NCBI GenBank assembly: GCA_963668645.2
Contig: CAXXWC010000010.1
Coordinates: forward strand, 64,001 to 128,000
Reading direction: 5' to 3'
DNA: 64,000 nt
Origin: Desulfobacterales bacterium
GTDB taxonomy: Bacteria; Desulfobacterota; Desulfobacteria; Desulfobacterales; UBA2174
The first letter of the stretch is position 1. Every line of letters starts with the position of its first letter. Shown in pieces: positions 22,851-33,194 of this stretch. The notes beneath the pieces are model-generated. The model saw nothing but the letters and a program-made list of their open reading frames with translations, had not been told where the DNA came from and did not search any database. Both the position numbers and the translations under genes were made by a program.

Positions 22851-22866
22851 AGCATTAAGCGTGCCT
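22851..22866 (-). promoter_or_regulatory. Sigma54 -24/-12 promoter of the receiver-cstA operon
   Basis: Minus strand AGGCACGCTTAATGCT (GG-N10-GC), about 68 bp upstream of ATG 22783. Confidence 0.7.
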
Positions 22867-22944
22867 CGGCAAACCGGAGTGAACGAAACGCCGCCGGTGT
22901 TGGCTCGGCCTTCGGCAGGCAGCGCAACCGGCCGGCGAAGATTA

Positions 22945-22976
22945 GAAAAATTGCGAAATCGCCTTCGCAATTTTTC
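22945..22976. promoter_or_regulatory. Perfect 13-bp inverted repeat, candidate enhancer site and/or terminator
   Basis: GAAAAATTGCGAA-N6-TTCGCAATTTTTC, 80-110 bp upstream of the sigma54 promoter and just after the regulator stop. Confidence 0.55.
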
Positions 22977-23001
22977 GAAAAAAGAGAGAGGGAGAGGTTG
23001 G

Positions 23002-24372
23002 TCAGGAATCGGGGCAGGACAACTTTTTACGCCGGTAGCGGAAGGTATGGTGGTTGAGCCCCAGCAGCCGGGCGGCGTGGCTCTCGTTGCCGCCGGCCCG
23101 GCGCAGGGCCTGATCGAAATAGAAACGCTCCATGGCGCTCAGGGTGGCGGCAAGATCCATCCCGCCGGCCGGCAGGGGAGCGAATCCCTGGCCGGGGCAA
23201 GTCGAGGCCGGGGCAAGGTCCAACTCCTTGATCTCAATGCACTCCTCGGTGGCCAGCAGTACGGCCCGCTCGATGACGTTGCGCAGTTCGCGCACATTAC
23301 CGGTCCAGGGATGATTTTCCAGGGCACGGACCGCATCCGGACTCAGCTCGCTCACCGATTTGCCAAACTTGTGGTTGAAGATTTCCATGAAATGGCGGGC
23401 CAACGGCAGGATGTCGCCGCGGCGGGCGTTGAGGGCCGGAACAGCCACGCGGACCACGCCCAGGCGGAAATAAAGATCGCGGCGGAAACGCCCCTCGGCG
23501 ATCAAATGATCGAGGTCCTTGTTGGTGGCCGACACGATGCGGGTGCGGATCCTGCGCCGCTGGGTGCCCCCCACACGATAAAATTCCCCGCTTTCCAGAA
23601 AACGGAGCAGCTTGGCCTGTGCCGCACCGCTCAAATCTCCGATCTCGTCGAGAAAGAGGGTGCCGTCGGCGGCCGCCTCGATCAGGCCCGTCTTGGCCTG
23701 CCCTGCTCCGCTGAAGGCCCCTTTCTCGTAACCGAACAGTTCACTTTCGGTCAATTCGGTGGGAATCGCCGCGCAGTTGACCGCCATGAACGGCCCCTGG
23801 AAATTGGGGCTCTGGTAGTGGATCGCACTGGCGATCAACTCCTTGCCGGTGCCGGTCTCGCCCAGGATCAGGACCGGGGTGTCCGGGCTTTCGGCCACCC
23901 GTTGGACAAAAGCCATCACCGCCTGGATCGTGTCGCTCTCGCCGATGAAACACGGGATGTGTTCTTCCAGGTAGCGGGCCTGAAGATCCTGGACATCCTT
24001 GCGCAAGCGTTCGGTGGTCAGGGCATGGCGGATCGTCTTTTCCAGCACGTCCATCTTCAGCGGCTTGACGATGTAATCGCAGGCTCCCTGCTTGACCGCC
24101 GCCACCACCGTGGCGACATCCCGGTCGGCCGTGATCATCACCACCGGCAGTTCCGGGCGGCGGTGCCGGATCCGGGCCAGGGCTTCCAGGCCGCCGATAC
24201 CCGGCAGCCCGATGTCGAGCAGCACCAGATCCGGGGCGGCCCGGGCCAGGGCCTCCAGGGCCGGCTCGGCCGCCTCGAAGGTCAACACGCGGTACTTGTC
24301 CTCCAGGGCTGCGGTGAGGGACTGCCCGATCAGCGGCTCGTCATCGACCACCAGGATCACCGGAGGGCGCAT
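23002..24372 (-). CDS. Sigma54-dependent response regulator (NtrC/AtoC family)
   Basis: Receiver, GETGTGKE, ESELFG..GAFSGA, LFLDEIG, WTGNVRELRN, HTH. Confidence 0.95.
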   Translation of the reverse strand: MRPPVILVVDDEPLIGQSLTAALEDKYRVLTFEAAEPALEALARAAPDLVLLDIGLPGIGGLEALARIRHRRPELPVVMITADRDVATVVAAVKQGACDYIVKPLKMDVLEKTIRHALTTERLRKDVQDLQARYLEEHIPCFIGESDTIQAVMAFVQRVAESPDTPVLILGETGTGKELIASAIHYQSPNFQGPFMAVNCAAIPTELTESELFGYEKGAFSGAGQAKTGLIEAAADGTLFLDEIGDLSGAAQAKLLRFLESGEFYRVGGTQRRRIRTRIVSATNKDLDHLIAEGRFRRDLYFRLGVVRVAVPALNARRGDILPLARHFMEIFNHKFGKSVSELSPDAVRALENHPWTGNVRELRNVIERAVLLATEECIEIKELDLAPASTCPGQGFAPLPAGGMDLAATLSAMERFYFDQALRRAGGNESHAARLLGLNHHTFRYRRKKLSCPDS

Positions 24373-25502
24373 CAGCCGTTTCCTTCGCCCACCGCCGGCA
24401 GCTCGATGGCAAAGCGCGCCCCGCCGCCGCGGCGGTTGCCGGCGGTCAGGGTGCCGCCGTGGTCCGCAATGATGCGCCGGCTCAGGTTGAGCCCGATGCC
24501 GGTGCTGCCGTGCTTGGTGGTGTAAAACGGGTCGAAAATCAATTGAAGCCGCTGGCTCGAAATCCCCGGCCCGTTGTCGGCCACCACCACCCGGACCATA
24601 CGGCCCGCCGTCCGGGAAGCGATGCGGATCGTTTTTGGCGGCGATATGGTTTTCAGCGCATCGACCGCATTAGTGATCAGGTTGAGGATCACCTCTTCGA
24701 TCATCTGGCGGTCCAGGCGGCACGGCGGCGGGTTTTTAGCCAGCCGCAGATCCAGGTCGATGCCGTTGCGGCGCAGGGTCGCCGCCGAAAGGTCCACCGC
24801 TTCGCGGATGGGCGGATTGACACTCCCGACCACCAGATTGGGCCGGCTCGGGCGGGCGAAATCCATCACCCGTTTGAGGACCGATTCGATCTTGCTGGAA
24901 GCCGACCGCAGTTGATCGAGGATCTTGAAGGTTTTGGGATCCACGGCAGTTTGAGCGAGCCGTTTCTCCAGGGTGTCCAGGTAGATGTTGATCCCCGAAA
25001 GGGGGTTGCGGATTTCATGGGCGATTCCCGCCGCCACCCGGCCCAGGCTGGTCATCTTGTCCTGAATCCGCAGCAGGTGCTCCATCTGGCGGATCTGGGT
25101 GATATCCATCATGTTGACCAGCAGGGCATCGCGCCCCTTGTAGTGGATAGGGCAGGTGCGGCAGTTGACCCATTTGAATTCACCGCCGGCCGCCTCGGGC
25201 CAGGAGGGAAAAAAGCGGAAATCGATGTCAAGGGCGCCCGTTTCGCCGGCCAGCGAACGGCGGTGGAAAGCTTCCACCTTGGCCGCATCGTCCGGGTGGA
25301 TGCTGTCCAGTTCGGCCAGCTTGCTCGAACGCGGCAGGGGGCCGAGGAGTCTTTCCATTTCCGGATTCTGGTAGACCACGCGATCGTCCTGGACGATGGA
25401 GATCCCGGTCAGCGCGCCTTCCACCAGAGCCCGGAAGCGGCGCTCGCTTTCGCGCAGAGCGCCGTGCAGCGGAATCTGGTCTTCATGATTGGATAGATTC
25501 AT
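24372..25502 (-). CDS. Cytoplasmic PAS sensor histidine kinase
   Basis: Start MNLSNHED at 25502; PAS (IHPDD), IAHEIRNP, NLITNA, DNGPGI, GIGL. No TM segment. Confidence 0.88.
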   Translation of the reverse strand: MNLSNHEDQIPLHGALRESERRFRALVEGALTGISIVQDDRVVYQNPEMERLLGPLPRSSKLAELDSIHPDDAAKVEAFHRRSLAGETGALDIDFRFFPSWPEAAGGEFKWVNCRTCPIHYKGRDALLVNMMDITQIRQMEHLLRIQDKMTSLGRVAAGIAHEIRNPLSGINIYLDTLEKRLAQTAVDPKTFKILDQLRSASSKIESVLKRVMDFARPSRPNLVVGSVNPPIREAVDLSAATLRRNGIDLDLRLAKNPPPCRLDRQMIEEVILNLITNAVDALKTISPPKTIRIASRTAGRMVRVVVADNGPGISSQRLQLIFDPFYTTKHGSTGIGLNLSRRIIADHGGTLTAGNRRGGGARFAIELPAVGEGNG

Positions 25503-25513
25503 CGCACTGGGGC

Positions 25514-26932
25514 TTACGATCCGTAAATGGCGCACTGGCGCGCCGCCATGGCCGCTTCCTGCAGGGCCTCGGCAAATGTCGGGTGGCCGTGCACCGTGCG
25601 GGCCAAATCCTCGCTCGATCCGCCGAACTCCATGGCCAGGACGCACTCGGCGATCATGTCCGCGGCCCGCGCGCCGATGATATGGACCCCCAGCAGGCGG
25701 TCGGTGCGGCTGTGGGCGATGATCTTGACGAATCCTTCGCTCTGGCCCATGCAGCGGGCCCGGCCGGCTCCGGAAAAGGGGTAGCTGCCCACGCAGTAGG
25801 GGACCTTGCGCGCCTTGCACTGCTCCTCGGTCAAACCGACCATGGCCACCTCCGGGGCGGTATAGATCACCGCCGGGATGGTGTCGTAGTTGACTTCGCC
25901 CCGGTTTCCGGCAATCTGTTCCACCGCGGCCAGGCCCTCGGCCGAAGCCTTGTGGGCTAGCATGGGACCGGCCACCAGGTCGCCGATGGCATAGACCGTC
26001 TTGACGCTGGTGCGATAATCGGCATCCACCTGCACCTGGCCGGTCTTGGGGTCCATGGCGACGCCGAGCGCTTCCAGGCCCAGACCGGCCGTCAGGGGCC
26101 GGCGGCCCACCGCCACCAGGAGCCGGTCAAAATCCAGGGTCTCTTTCTGGTCCCCGCTTTCCACCGCCACCTTCACCGTCTTGCCCTTGACGGCGGCCCC
26201 GGCCACCCGCGTTTTGACCCGGATCTCCAGGCCCTGCCTGCGCAGAATGCGGTCCAGGGTCCGGCCCACCTGGCCGTCGAGCAGCCCGGCGATCTTGGGC
26301 AGCATCTCGATGACGGTCACCTCGGATCCCAGCCGGCGCCACACCGAGCCGAGCTCCAGGCCGATGTAGCCCCCGCCCACGATCCCCAGGCGCCGCGGCA
26401 CCTGGGCAAAACTCAGGGCCTCGGTGCTGCTCACGATGCGCTCGCCGTCCAACGGCAGGCCCGGCACCGGCGCCGGCAGGCTGCCGGTGGCCAGCAGGAT
26501 GGCCCCGGCCGTGTAGACCGCCGGCCGGCCATTCTTTTGCGCCGGCGTCACCGTGACTTGGTCCGGGCCGGAAAGGGTGGCCGTACCGTGGATGATCTCG
26601 ATCCGGTGGCCTTCGAGCAGCTTGCGCACGTTTTCGGTCAGCTCGGCCACCACCTGGTCCTTGCGCGCCATCATGGCGGCCAGATCCAGCGAGACGCGGC
26701 CGGTCTTGATCCCGTGTTCTTTAAAGGTTTCCCGGGCCAGGTGGAACAGCTCGCTGGAATCGAGCAGAGCCTTGCTCGGAATGCAGCCCACGTTGAGGCA
26801 GACCCCGCCCAGGCGCGCCGACTTTTCCACGCAGGCCGTCTTGAGGCCCAGTTGGGCGGCGCGCACCGCCGCCACGTAGCCGCCGGGGCCGGCGCCGACA
26901 ATGATCAGATCGAAGCGTTGGTTGGCGGCCAT
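25514..26932 (-). CDS. lpdA: Dihydrolipoamide dehydrogenase (E3)
   Basis: GAGPGGY, GGVCLNVGCIPSK, GGGYIGLE, HPTFAE. Confidence 0.97.
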   Translation of the reverse strand: MAANQRFDLIIVGAGPGGYVAAVRAAQLGLKTACVEKSARLGGVCLNVGCIPSKALLDSSELFHLARETFKEHGIKTGRVSLDLAAMMARKDQVVAELTENVRKLLEGHRIEIIHGTATLSGPDQVTVTPAQKNGRPAVYTAGAILLATGSLPAPVPGLPLDGERIVSSTEALSFAQVPRRLGIVGGGYIGLELGSVWRRLGSEVTVIEMLPKIAGLLDGQVGRTLDRILRRQGLEIRVKTRVAGAAVKGKTVKVAVESGDQKETLDFDRLLVAVGRRPLTAGLGLEALGVAMDPKTGQVQVDADYRTSVKTVYAIGDLVAGPMLAHKASAEGLAAVEQIAGNRGEVNYDTIPAVIYTAPEVAMVGLTEEQCKARKVPYCVGSYPFSGAGRARCMGQSEGFVKIIAHSRTDRLLGVHIIGARAADMIAECVLAMEFGGSSEDLARTVHGHPTFAEALQEAAMAARQCAIYGS

Positions 26933-26933
26933 G

Positions 26934-28193
26934 TCATACCTCCAGGATGAGCCGTTCGGGGTTTTCGATCAGTTCCTTGACCCGTTTGAGAAAGGTCACG
27001 GCCCCCTTGCCGTCCACCACCCGGTGGTCGTAGCTCAGGGCCACGTACATCATGGGCCGCACGACCACGGCATCATCGATCACCACCGGCCGTTTCTCGA
27101 TCTTGTGCATGCCCAGGATCCCGCTCTGGGGGGTGTTGAGAATCGGTGTGCTCAAAAGCGAGCCGTAGACCCCGCCGTTGCTGATGGTGAAGGTGCCCCC
27201 TTCCAGGTCGGCCAGGGTGAGGCGGTTTTCCTTGATCTTGGTTACGTAGTCGGCGATGGCCTGCTCGATGGCGGCAAAACCGAGCCGCTCGGCATGGCGG
27301 ATCACCGGCACCACCAGGCCCCGCTCCGAGCCCACGGCGACCCCGATGTGCTGGTGGTTGTGATAGATGATGTCGCTGCCGTCGATAAAGGCGTTGATCT
27401 CCGGGATTTGCTGCAAGGCGGCGACGCAGGCCTTGGTAAAAAAGGACATGAAGCCCAGGTTGATCCCGTGGCGCGCCTTGAAAGCGTCCTTGTAGCGGCT
27501 GCGCACCGCCATGGCCGTGCTCATGTCGATCTCGTTGAAGGTGGTGAGCATGGCGGTGTTCTGGCGGGCGGCCAGGAGCCGGTCGGCGATGCGCCGGCGG
27601 ATGGGGCTCATCGCCTTGCGCACCTCGCCCGCTTCGGCAGGGACTTCGGGCGGGGCTTCGGACGGGGCGGCCTTTGGCGAAGGTGCCGGCTGCGGGGCCG
27701 GGGCCTGCTCGAGGTAGAGGAGGACATCGCCCTTGGTCAGGCGCCCTGCCGGGCCGCTGGCCGGGATGCGGGCCGGATCGAGCCCCTTTTCGGCCACCAG
27801 GCGGCGCACGGCCGGGGACAGAATCATGGCTTGAGATTTGGCGGCCTCCCTGGGCGTCTCGGGCTCGGCCGGGGCCTCGGCCCTGGCCTCTGTTGCAGGG
27901 GCTTCGGGCGGAGGGGCCTTTTCCGCGGCCGGCGCCGGTGCCGGTTCGGGTGAAGCCGTGGCGGTGTCGAGGGACCCCACCACCTCGCCGATGGCCACGG
28001 TCTTTCCCGCCGGCACCTGGATGTGCAGCACCCCGCCGGCCTCGGCGGCCACTTCAAGGGTGACCTTATCGGTTTCGATCACCAGCAGGGCCTCGTCCCT
28101 GGCCACCGTCTCGCCCTCCTGCTTGAACCACTCGGCCAGCAGGGCCTCCTTGACCGATTCGCCGACGCTCGGAATCTTGATCTCCAGTTTCAT
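26934..28193 (-). CDS. sucB: 2-oxoglutarate dehydrogenase E2 (dihydrolipoamide succinyltransferase)
   Basis: Lipoyl domain [45 protein letters not shown]. Confidence 0.95.
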   Translation of the reverse strand: MKLEIKIPSVGESVKEALLAEWFKQEGETVARDEALLVIETDKVTLEVAAEAGGVLHIQVPAGKTVAIGEVVGSLDTATASPEPAPAPAAEKAPPPEAPATEARAEAPAEPETPREAAKSQAMILSPAVRRLVAEKGLDPARIPASGPAGRLTKGDVLLYLEQAPAPQPAPSPKAAPSEAPPEVPAEAGEVRKAMSPIRRRIADRLLAARQNTAMLTTFNEIDMSTAMAVRSRYKDAFKARHGINLGFMSFFTKACVAALQQIPEINAFIDGSDIIYHNHQHIGVAVGSERGLVVPVIRHAERLGFAAIEQAIADYVTKIKENRLTLADLEGGTFTISNGGVYGSLLSTPILNTPQSGILGMHKIEKRPVVIDDAVVVRPMMYVALSYDHRVVDGKGAVTFLKRVKELIENPERLILEV

Positions 28194-28270
28194 CGGTTCG
28201 CCTCAATGGTGGAAAAAGAGGTTATAGGGAGCAGGATCCCGTCTATCGGACAGGTCCGGCTTTCCGCTTT

Positions 28271-30965
28271 TCACGCTTCACCCAGCGCCTCGCGCACGAT
28301 TCCCGCCTGCTGGGCCCGGTAGACGGCCGGAAATCCGGTGGCCGGGCTGGCGGCCGCCGGCCGGCCGATGTAGGCCAGCGGAGCGTTGAGCAGGGTTTCC
28401 AGACGAGGCCGCAGAAAGGTCCAGGCCCCCATGTTTTCCGGTTCCTCCTGGACCCAGCACCACTGTTTGGCCCGCCGGTACGGTTTCAGGGCCTGCTCCA
28501 GGGCGGCCCCGGGAAACGGGTGGAACTGCTCGATGCGCACGATGGCCGTCTCCTTGCGCTTGAGATCGGCGCGCTGCCGGGCCAGTTCGTAGAAGATCTT
28601 GCCGCTGCACAACAAAACCCGCTTGGCCGTTTTGGGCGCCGCGGCATCGGCCAGCACCGGAGCGAAGGTGCCGGCGGTCAAGTCATCCAGGCCGGAGACC
28701 GCCGCCGGAAGGCGCAGCAGGCTCTTGGGGGTCATGAGCACCAGGGGCTTGCGCCAGGGGGCCAGGGCCTGGCGCCGCAGCAGGTGGAAGTACTGGGCCG
28801 GGGTGGTCAGGTTGCAGACCTGCATGTTGTCCTCGGCGCAAAGCTGCAAAAAGCGTTCGAGCCGGGCGCTGGAATGCTCCGGGCCGAGCCCCTCCCAACC
28901 GTGGGGCAAAAGCATCGCCAGACCGCAGAGCCGCTGCCACTTGGCCTGCCCGGCGCTGATGAACAGGTCGATGATCGACTGGGCGTTGTTGGCGAAATCG
29001 CCGAACTGGGCCTCCCAGAGGGTGAGGGTGTCGGGCCGTGTGGCGGCATAGCCGTACTCGAACCCGAGCACGGCGTACTCGGCCAGCAGGCTGTTGTAGA
29101 CCCGGAACGGGGCCTGGTCCGGGCAAAGGGCGGTCAGCGGCACATGGACTTCCCCGCTTTGGGTATCGAAGAGGACCGCATGGCGCTGGCTGAAGGTGCC
29201 GCGGCCCGAATCCTGGCCGCTGAGGCGCACCCCGACCCCCTGTCGCACCAGGGTACCGAAGGCCAGGGCCTCGGCATTGGCCCAGTCGATCCCCTCGCCT
29301 TTTTGCACCGCCTCCAGGCGCCGCGCCATCAGGGCCGCCAGCTTGCGGTGCAGATGAAACCCCTCGGGCACGGAGTTGAGGCGCGTTGCCAGATCGAGAA
29401 GCTCCTCCTTGGCCGCTGCGGTCTTGACCGGGGTAAAGTCGAAAGCCGGCCGGATCGATTCCCATTCCGGATAGTAGCGCTGCTCGGGAAAGGGGCAGCT
29501 CGTGCCGTGAACCGTCTCGTAGGCTTTCTCGAGTTCGGCGCCGATCTCGGTCTCCAGGCGTTCGTGGTCCGCGGCGGAGGCGAGGCCCCTGCCGGTCAGA
29601 TCCTCGGCGTAAAGCCGGTGCAGCGACGGGCGGCCGGCGATCCGTTCGTACATCAGCGGCTGGGTGAAGTACGGCTCGTCGCCCTCGTTGTGGCCGTAGC
29701 GCCGGTAGCAGACCAGGTCGATGACCACGTCCTTGGCAAAGCGGCGCCGGTAGGCGGCGGCCAACCGGGCCGCATGCACCACGGCCTCGGGATTTTCGCC
29801 GTGGACGTGAAAGACCGGCACCATGAGCATCTTGGCCACATCGGTGGCGTAGCGGCTCGAACGCGCGTCGCCCGGCAGGGTGGTGTAGCCGATCTGGTTG
29901 TTGATCACGACATGAATCGTGCCGCCGGTGCTATACCCGGTCAACTGGCTCATGTTGAGGGTTTCGGCCACCACCCCCTGACCGGCGAAGGCCGCATCCC
30001 CGTGGATCAGGACCGGCACCACCGCCCCGGCACCCTGATCGAGCTGATCCTGGCGCGCGCGGCAGATCCCCTCGGCCACCGGGTTGACCGCCTCAAGATG
30101 GCTCGGGTTGTTCACCAGATAGACCTGGAGGGGACGGCCCTCCGGCAACGGTGAGGTCTGCCAGGTATCCGTTGTGGTACTTGACATCCCCCGAGCCCAC
30201 CAGGGCCTCGGGATCGTAGCAGTGTTCGAACTCGGCGAAGATCTCGTCGTAGGGCCGGCCGAGAAGGTGGGCCTGGACGTTGAGCCGGCCGCGGTGGGCG
30301 ATGCCAAGAACCCACTGGCGCGCTCCGGCCGCGGCCGTCTGGTCGGCCAGGGTATCGAGCAGCGGGATCAGGGCGTCGCCGCCTTCGAGGGAAAAGCGCG
30401 TCACCCCCACGTACTTCTTGTTGAGAAACTGCTCGAAAACCGCGGCTCGGCAAAGCCTTTCGAGGATGCGGCGGCGGACCGCGTCGTCCAGCTCGGGCCG
30501 GTTGCGGCCGGGCTCCATGCGTTCCTGGAGCCAGACCCGCTCGTCCGGGTCCTGCAGGTGCATGTACTCCACCCCGAGGCTGCGGCAGTAGGTCTCCTTG
30601 AGGGCCTGCAGGATATCCTGCAGCGGGGCCTCGGCGGGCAGGCCGAAGCGCCCGGCTGGAAAGCTGCGTTTGAGGTCGGCAGGATCCAGCCCCACGGCCT
30701 CCAGGGCCAGCAGGGGGTGCTCGGTAGGGCAGGCGGCCAGCGGGTCCATGCAGGCCAGCAGGTGGCCCAGGTCGCGGTAGCGGTGGACCAGGTCCTCGGC
30801 GCGGGTCAGACGCCGGGCCGTGCCGGCATCGGCCGCCCCGGCCCCGGCCAGGGTGAATCCCTGGAAGAAAAACCGCCAGTCGCGCGGCACGCTTTGCGGG
30901 TCGGCCTGCCAGCGCCGGTACTGATCATCGATAAAATCGGCGTTGAGGGCTTCACTGATGTCCAT
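28271..30965 (-). pseudogene. sucA: 2-oxoglutarate dehydrogenase E1, split by a one-base frameshift near 30137-30141 (pseudogene or sequencing error)
   Basis: Frame 1 from ATG 30965 has RFSLEG, AHRGRLN, GDVKYH. Frame 2 continues NPSHLEAV, IHGDAAFAGQG, GQDSGRGTFSQRH, WEAQFGDF, GPEHSSARLERFLQ. Confidence 0.9.
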
Positions 30966-31191
30966 GTGCGAGATCCTTGGCGATGGGGTGCACCGTTGGC
31001 GCCGCGGCGGGAGGGAAAATGGCCGCGGGGGCTGATTTTTTTCAATGTACCGGACCGGCAAGCCAAAAGTCAACGCCGCAAAGCGCTATATCGGATGGTT
31101 GAGATTTGACCTCAAATCCGGTAGACCGAAACGGTCTTGAGATGTTAGCCGTTTGCTTGGCAAAACCCGAAGCCCCGACCGGAGATCCGTC

Positions 31192-32349
31192 ATGAACTTG
31201 AACGCAACGCGCATCGACACCCGCCTGATCCACGCCGGCGAGCCGCGGCCGCCCATCTGCGGCGCGGTGAGCCTGCCGATCTTTCAAAGCGCCACCTTCG
31301 CCTTCGGCGGCGGCTGCGCCGAAGAGGAGATGCGCTATATCCGCCTGAACAACACCCCCAACCACCGTGCCCTGAACGCCAAGCTGGCCGCCCTGGAAAA
31401 CGCCGAGGCGGCGCTGGTGACCGCCAGCGGGATGGGGGCCATCTGCACCGTGCTGATGGCCCTGCTCGCACCGGGAGACCACCTGCTGGTCCAGGACGGG
31501 CTTTACGGCGGCACCCACGCATTGGTCCACCAGGACCTCAAACGCCTCGGGGTGGCCGTCGACGTGGTGCCCGACGCGGACCCCCAGGCCTGGGCCCGCT
31601 GCGTGCGGCCCACCACGCGGGCTTTCTACGTGGAAGCCATCACCAACCCCCTGATGCAGGTGGCCGACCTGGCCGCAGTACCCGCCTTTTGCCGGGAGCA
31701 CGGCATCGTTTCGATCATCGACAACACCTTTACCAGCCCGGTGAATTTCCGCCCGGCCGAATGGGGCTTCGATCTGTCGTTGCACAGCGCCACCAAGTAC
31801 CTCAACGGCCACTCGGACATCGTCGCCGGAGCCGTCATCGGCCGCACCGATCTGGTGGATCGGGTCCTGGGCATGCTCAACCATATGGGCGCCTCCCTCG
31901 ACCCCCATGCCTGTTTTCTGCTCCATCGCGGCCTCAAGACCCTAGCCCTGCGTGTGCGCCAGCAGAATGCCGGGGCCCTAGCCGTGGCCCGCTTTTTGAA
32001 AAACCACCCTGCCGTGGCCCGGGTCAACTATCCCGGGCTGGAAGACCACCCCGGCCACCGGCGCGCCCGCGACCTCTTCGACGGGTTCGGCGGGATGCTC
32101 AGCTTCGAGCTGCGCGGGGGGCTGGCGGCGGCCGAGGCCCTGTTCCAACGGATCCAGCTGCCCGTGGTGGCCCCGAGCCTGGGCGGGGTGGAAACCCTGA
32201 TCACCCGGCCGGCGGCCACTTCCCATGTCGGTGTGGATCCGGCCCAGCGCCGGCGCATGGGTATCGACGACGGCCTGGTGCGCCTCTCGGTGGGCATCGA
32301 AGCCGAAGCCGACCTGATCGCCGATCTGCAACAGGCCCTAGCGGTGTAG
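31192..32349 (+). CDS. PLP-dependent trans-sulfuration enzyme (cystathionine gamma-synthase/lyase, methionine gamma-lyase family)
   Basis: ASGMGAI, YGGT, DNTF, HSATKYLNGHSD (PLP lysine), SLGGVE, RLSVGIE. Confidence 0.9.
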   Translation: MNLNATRIDTRLIHAGEPRPPICGAVSLPIFQSATFAFGGGCAEEEMRYIRLNNTPNHRALNAKLAALENAEAALVTASGMGAICTVLMALLAPGDHLLVQDGLYGGTHALVHQDLKRLGVAVDVVPDADPQAWARCVRPTTRAFYVEAITNPLMQVADLAAVPAFCREHGIVSIIDNTFTSPVNFRPAEWGFDLSLHSATKYLNGHSDIVAGAVIGRTDLVDRVLGMLNHMGASLDPHACFLLHRGLKTLALRVRQQNAGALAVARFLKNHPAVARVNYPGLEDHPGHRRARDLFDGFGGMLSFELRGGLAAAEALFQRIQLPVVAPSLGGVETLITRPAATSHVGVDPAQRRRMGIDDGLVRLSVGIEAEADLIADLQQALAV

Positions 32350-32433
32350 TCACCCCCCAAAAAAATCATTACCCCGTTTTTTCGGGCACCGGTGCGCGCA
32401 GCGCGGACCGTTCAGTATTAATTTGACAAGGAG

Positions 32434-33093
32434 ATGATCATGGATACCCAGCAACAGGATTACGGCCAATTGCTCTGGCGCAGGCAGGGCCAGCGCTGCG
32501 TCAAAAATCTCGAACGCCACGGCTTCAAGGCTTTTCTGGTGGACGACGGCGAGGCGGCCCGGCGTCTGGTACTCGATGAGACGGCGGATCTGAACAGCTT
32601 CGGCGTCGGCGGTTCGGACACGGTCCGGCGCATCGGACTGGTCGAGGCCCTGGTGGCCGCCGGCAAGACGGTTTACGATCACTGGCAGCCGGGCTTGACA
32701 GCCGAACAGATCCACCAGGTGCGCCTGGACCAGGGGCGGGCCGACTGCTTTATGTGCAGCGCCAATGCCGTATCGATCAGCGGAGAAATCGTCAATGTCG
32801 ACGGGATGGGCAACCGCACGGCGGCCATGAGCTTCGGGCCCCGCAAGGTGGTGATCGTGGCCGGGATGAACAAGGTGGCGCCCGACCTGACCTCCGCCCT
32901 GGAGCGGGTCAAAAACGTGGCCGGTCCCATGCGCGCCATCAGCATGAACCGCAAAACCCCCTGTGTCGAAACCGGTGTCTGCCAGGACTGCAACAGTCCC
33001 GAGCGTATCTGCCGCATCACCACCATCTTGCACCGCTGCCCCATGGGTGCCGAGGTGACGGTGGTGCTGGTCTGCCAGGCCCTGGGATTCTGA
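32434..33093 (+). CDS. LUD-domain (lactate utilisation LutC/YkgG-like) protein
   Basis: GGS.T, SANA...GEIVNVDGMGNR, GMNK, PCVETGVCQDCNSPERIC. Confidence 0.85.
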   Translation: MIMDTQQQDYGQLLWRRQGQRCVKNLERHGFKAFLVDDGEAARRLVLDETADLNSFGVGGSDTVRRIGLVEALVAAGKTVYDHWQPGLTAEQIHQVRLDQGRADCFMCSANAVSISGEIVNVDGMGNRTAAMSFGPRKVVIVAGMNKVAPDLTSALERVKNVAGPMRAISMNRKTPCVETGVCQDCNSPERICRITTILHRCPMGAEVTVVLVCQALGF

Positions 33094-33100
33094 CCCGTGC

Positions 33101-33129
33101 TTGACATCCCGCAGGCGATGCAATAGAAA
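33101..33129 (+). promoter_or_regulatory. Possible sigma70 promoter for the EF-G gene
   Basis: TTGACA-N17-TAGAAA. Confidence 0.4.
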
Positions 33130-33194
33130 AGTTCGTCTTTACGTTACCTTGCCGATTTTCAAAAAGGGACCGCCTCGGAGGCGGCCAGACGTCG

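Noticed and set aside
30120..30150. Programmed ribosomal frameshift in sucA
   Set aside because: No slippery heptamer is visible and I know no precedent in sucA; a simple indel explains it.
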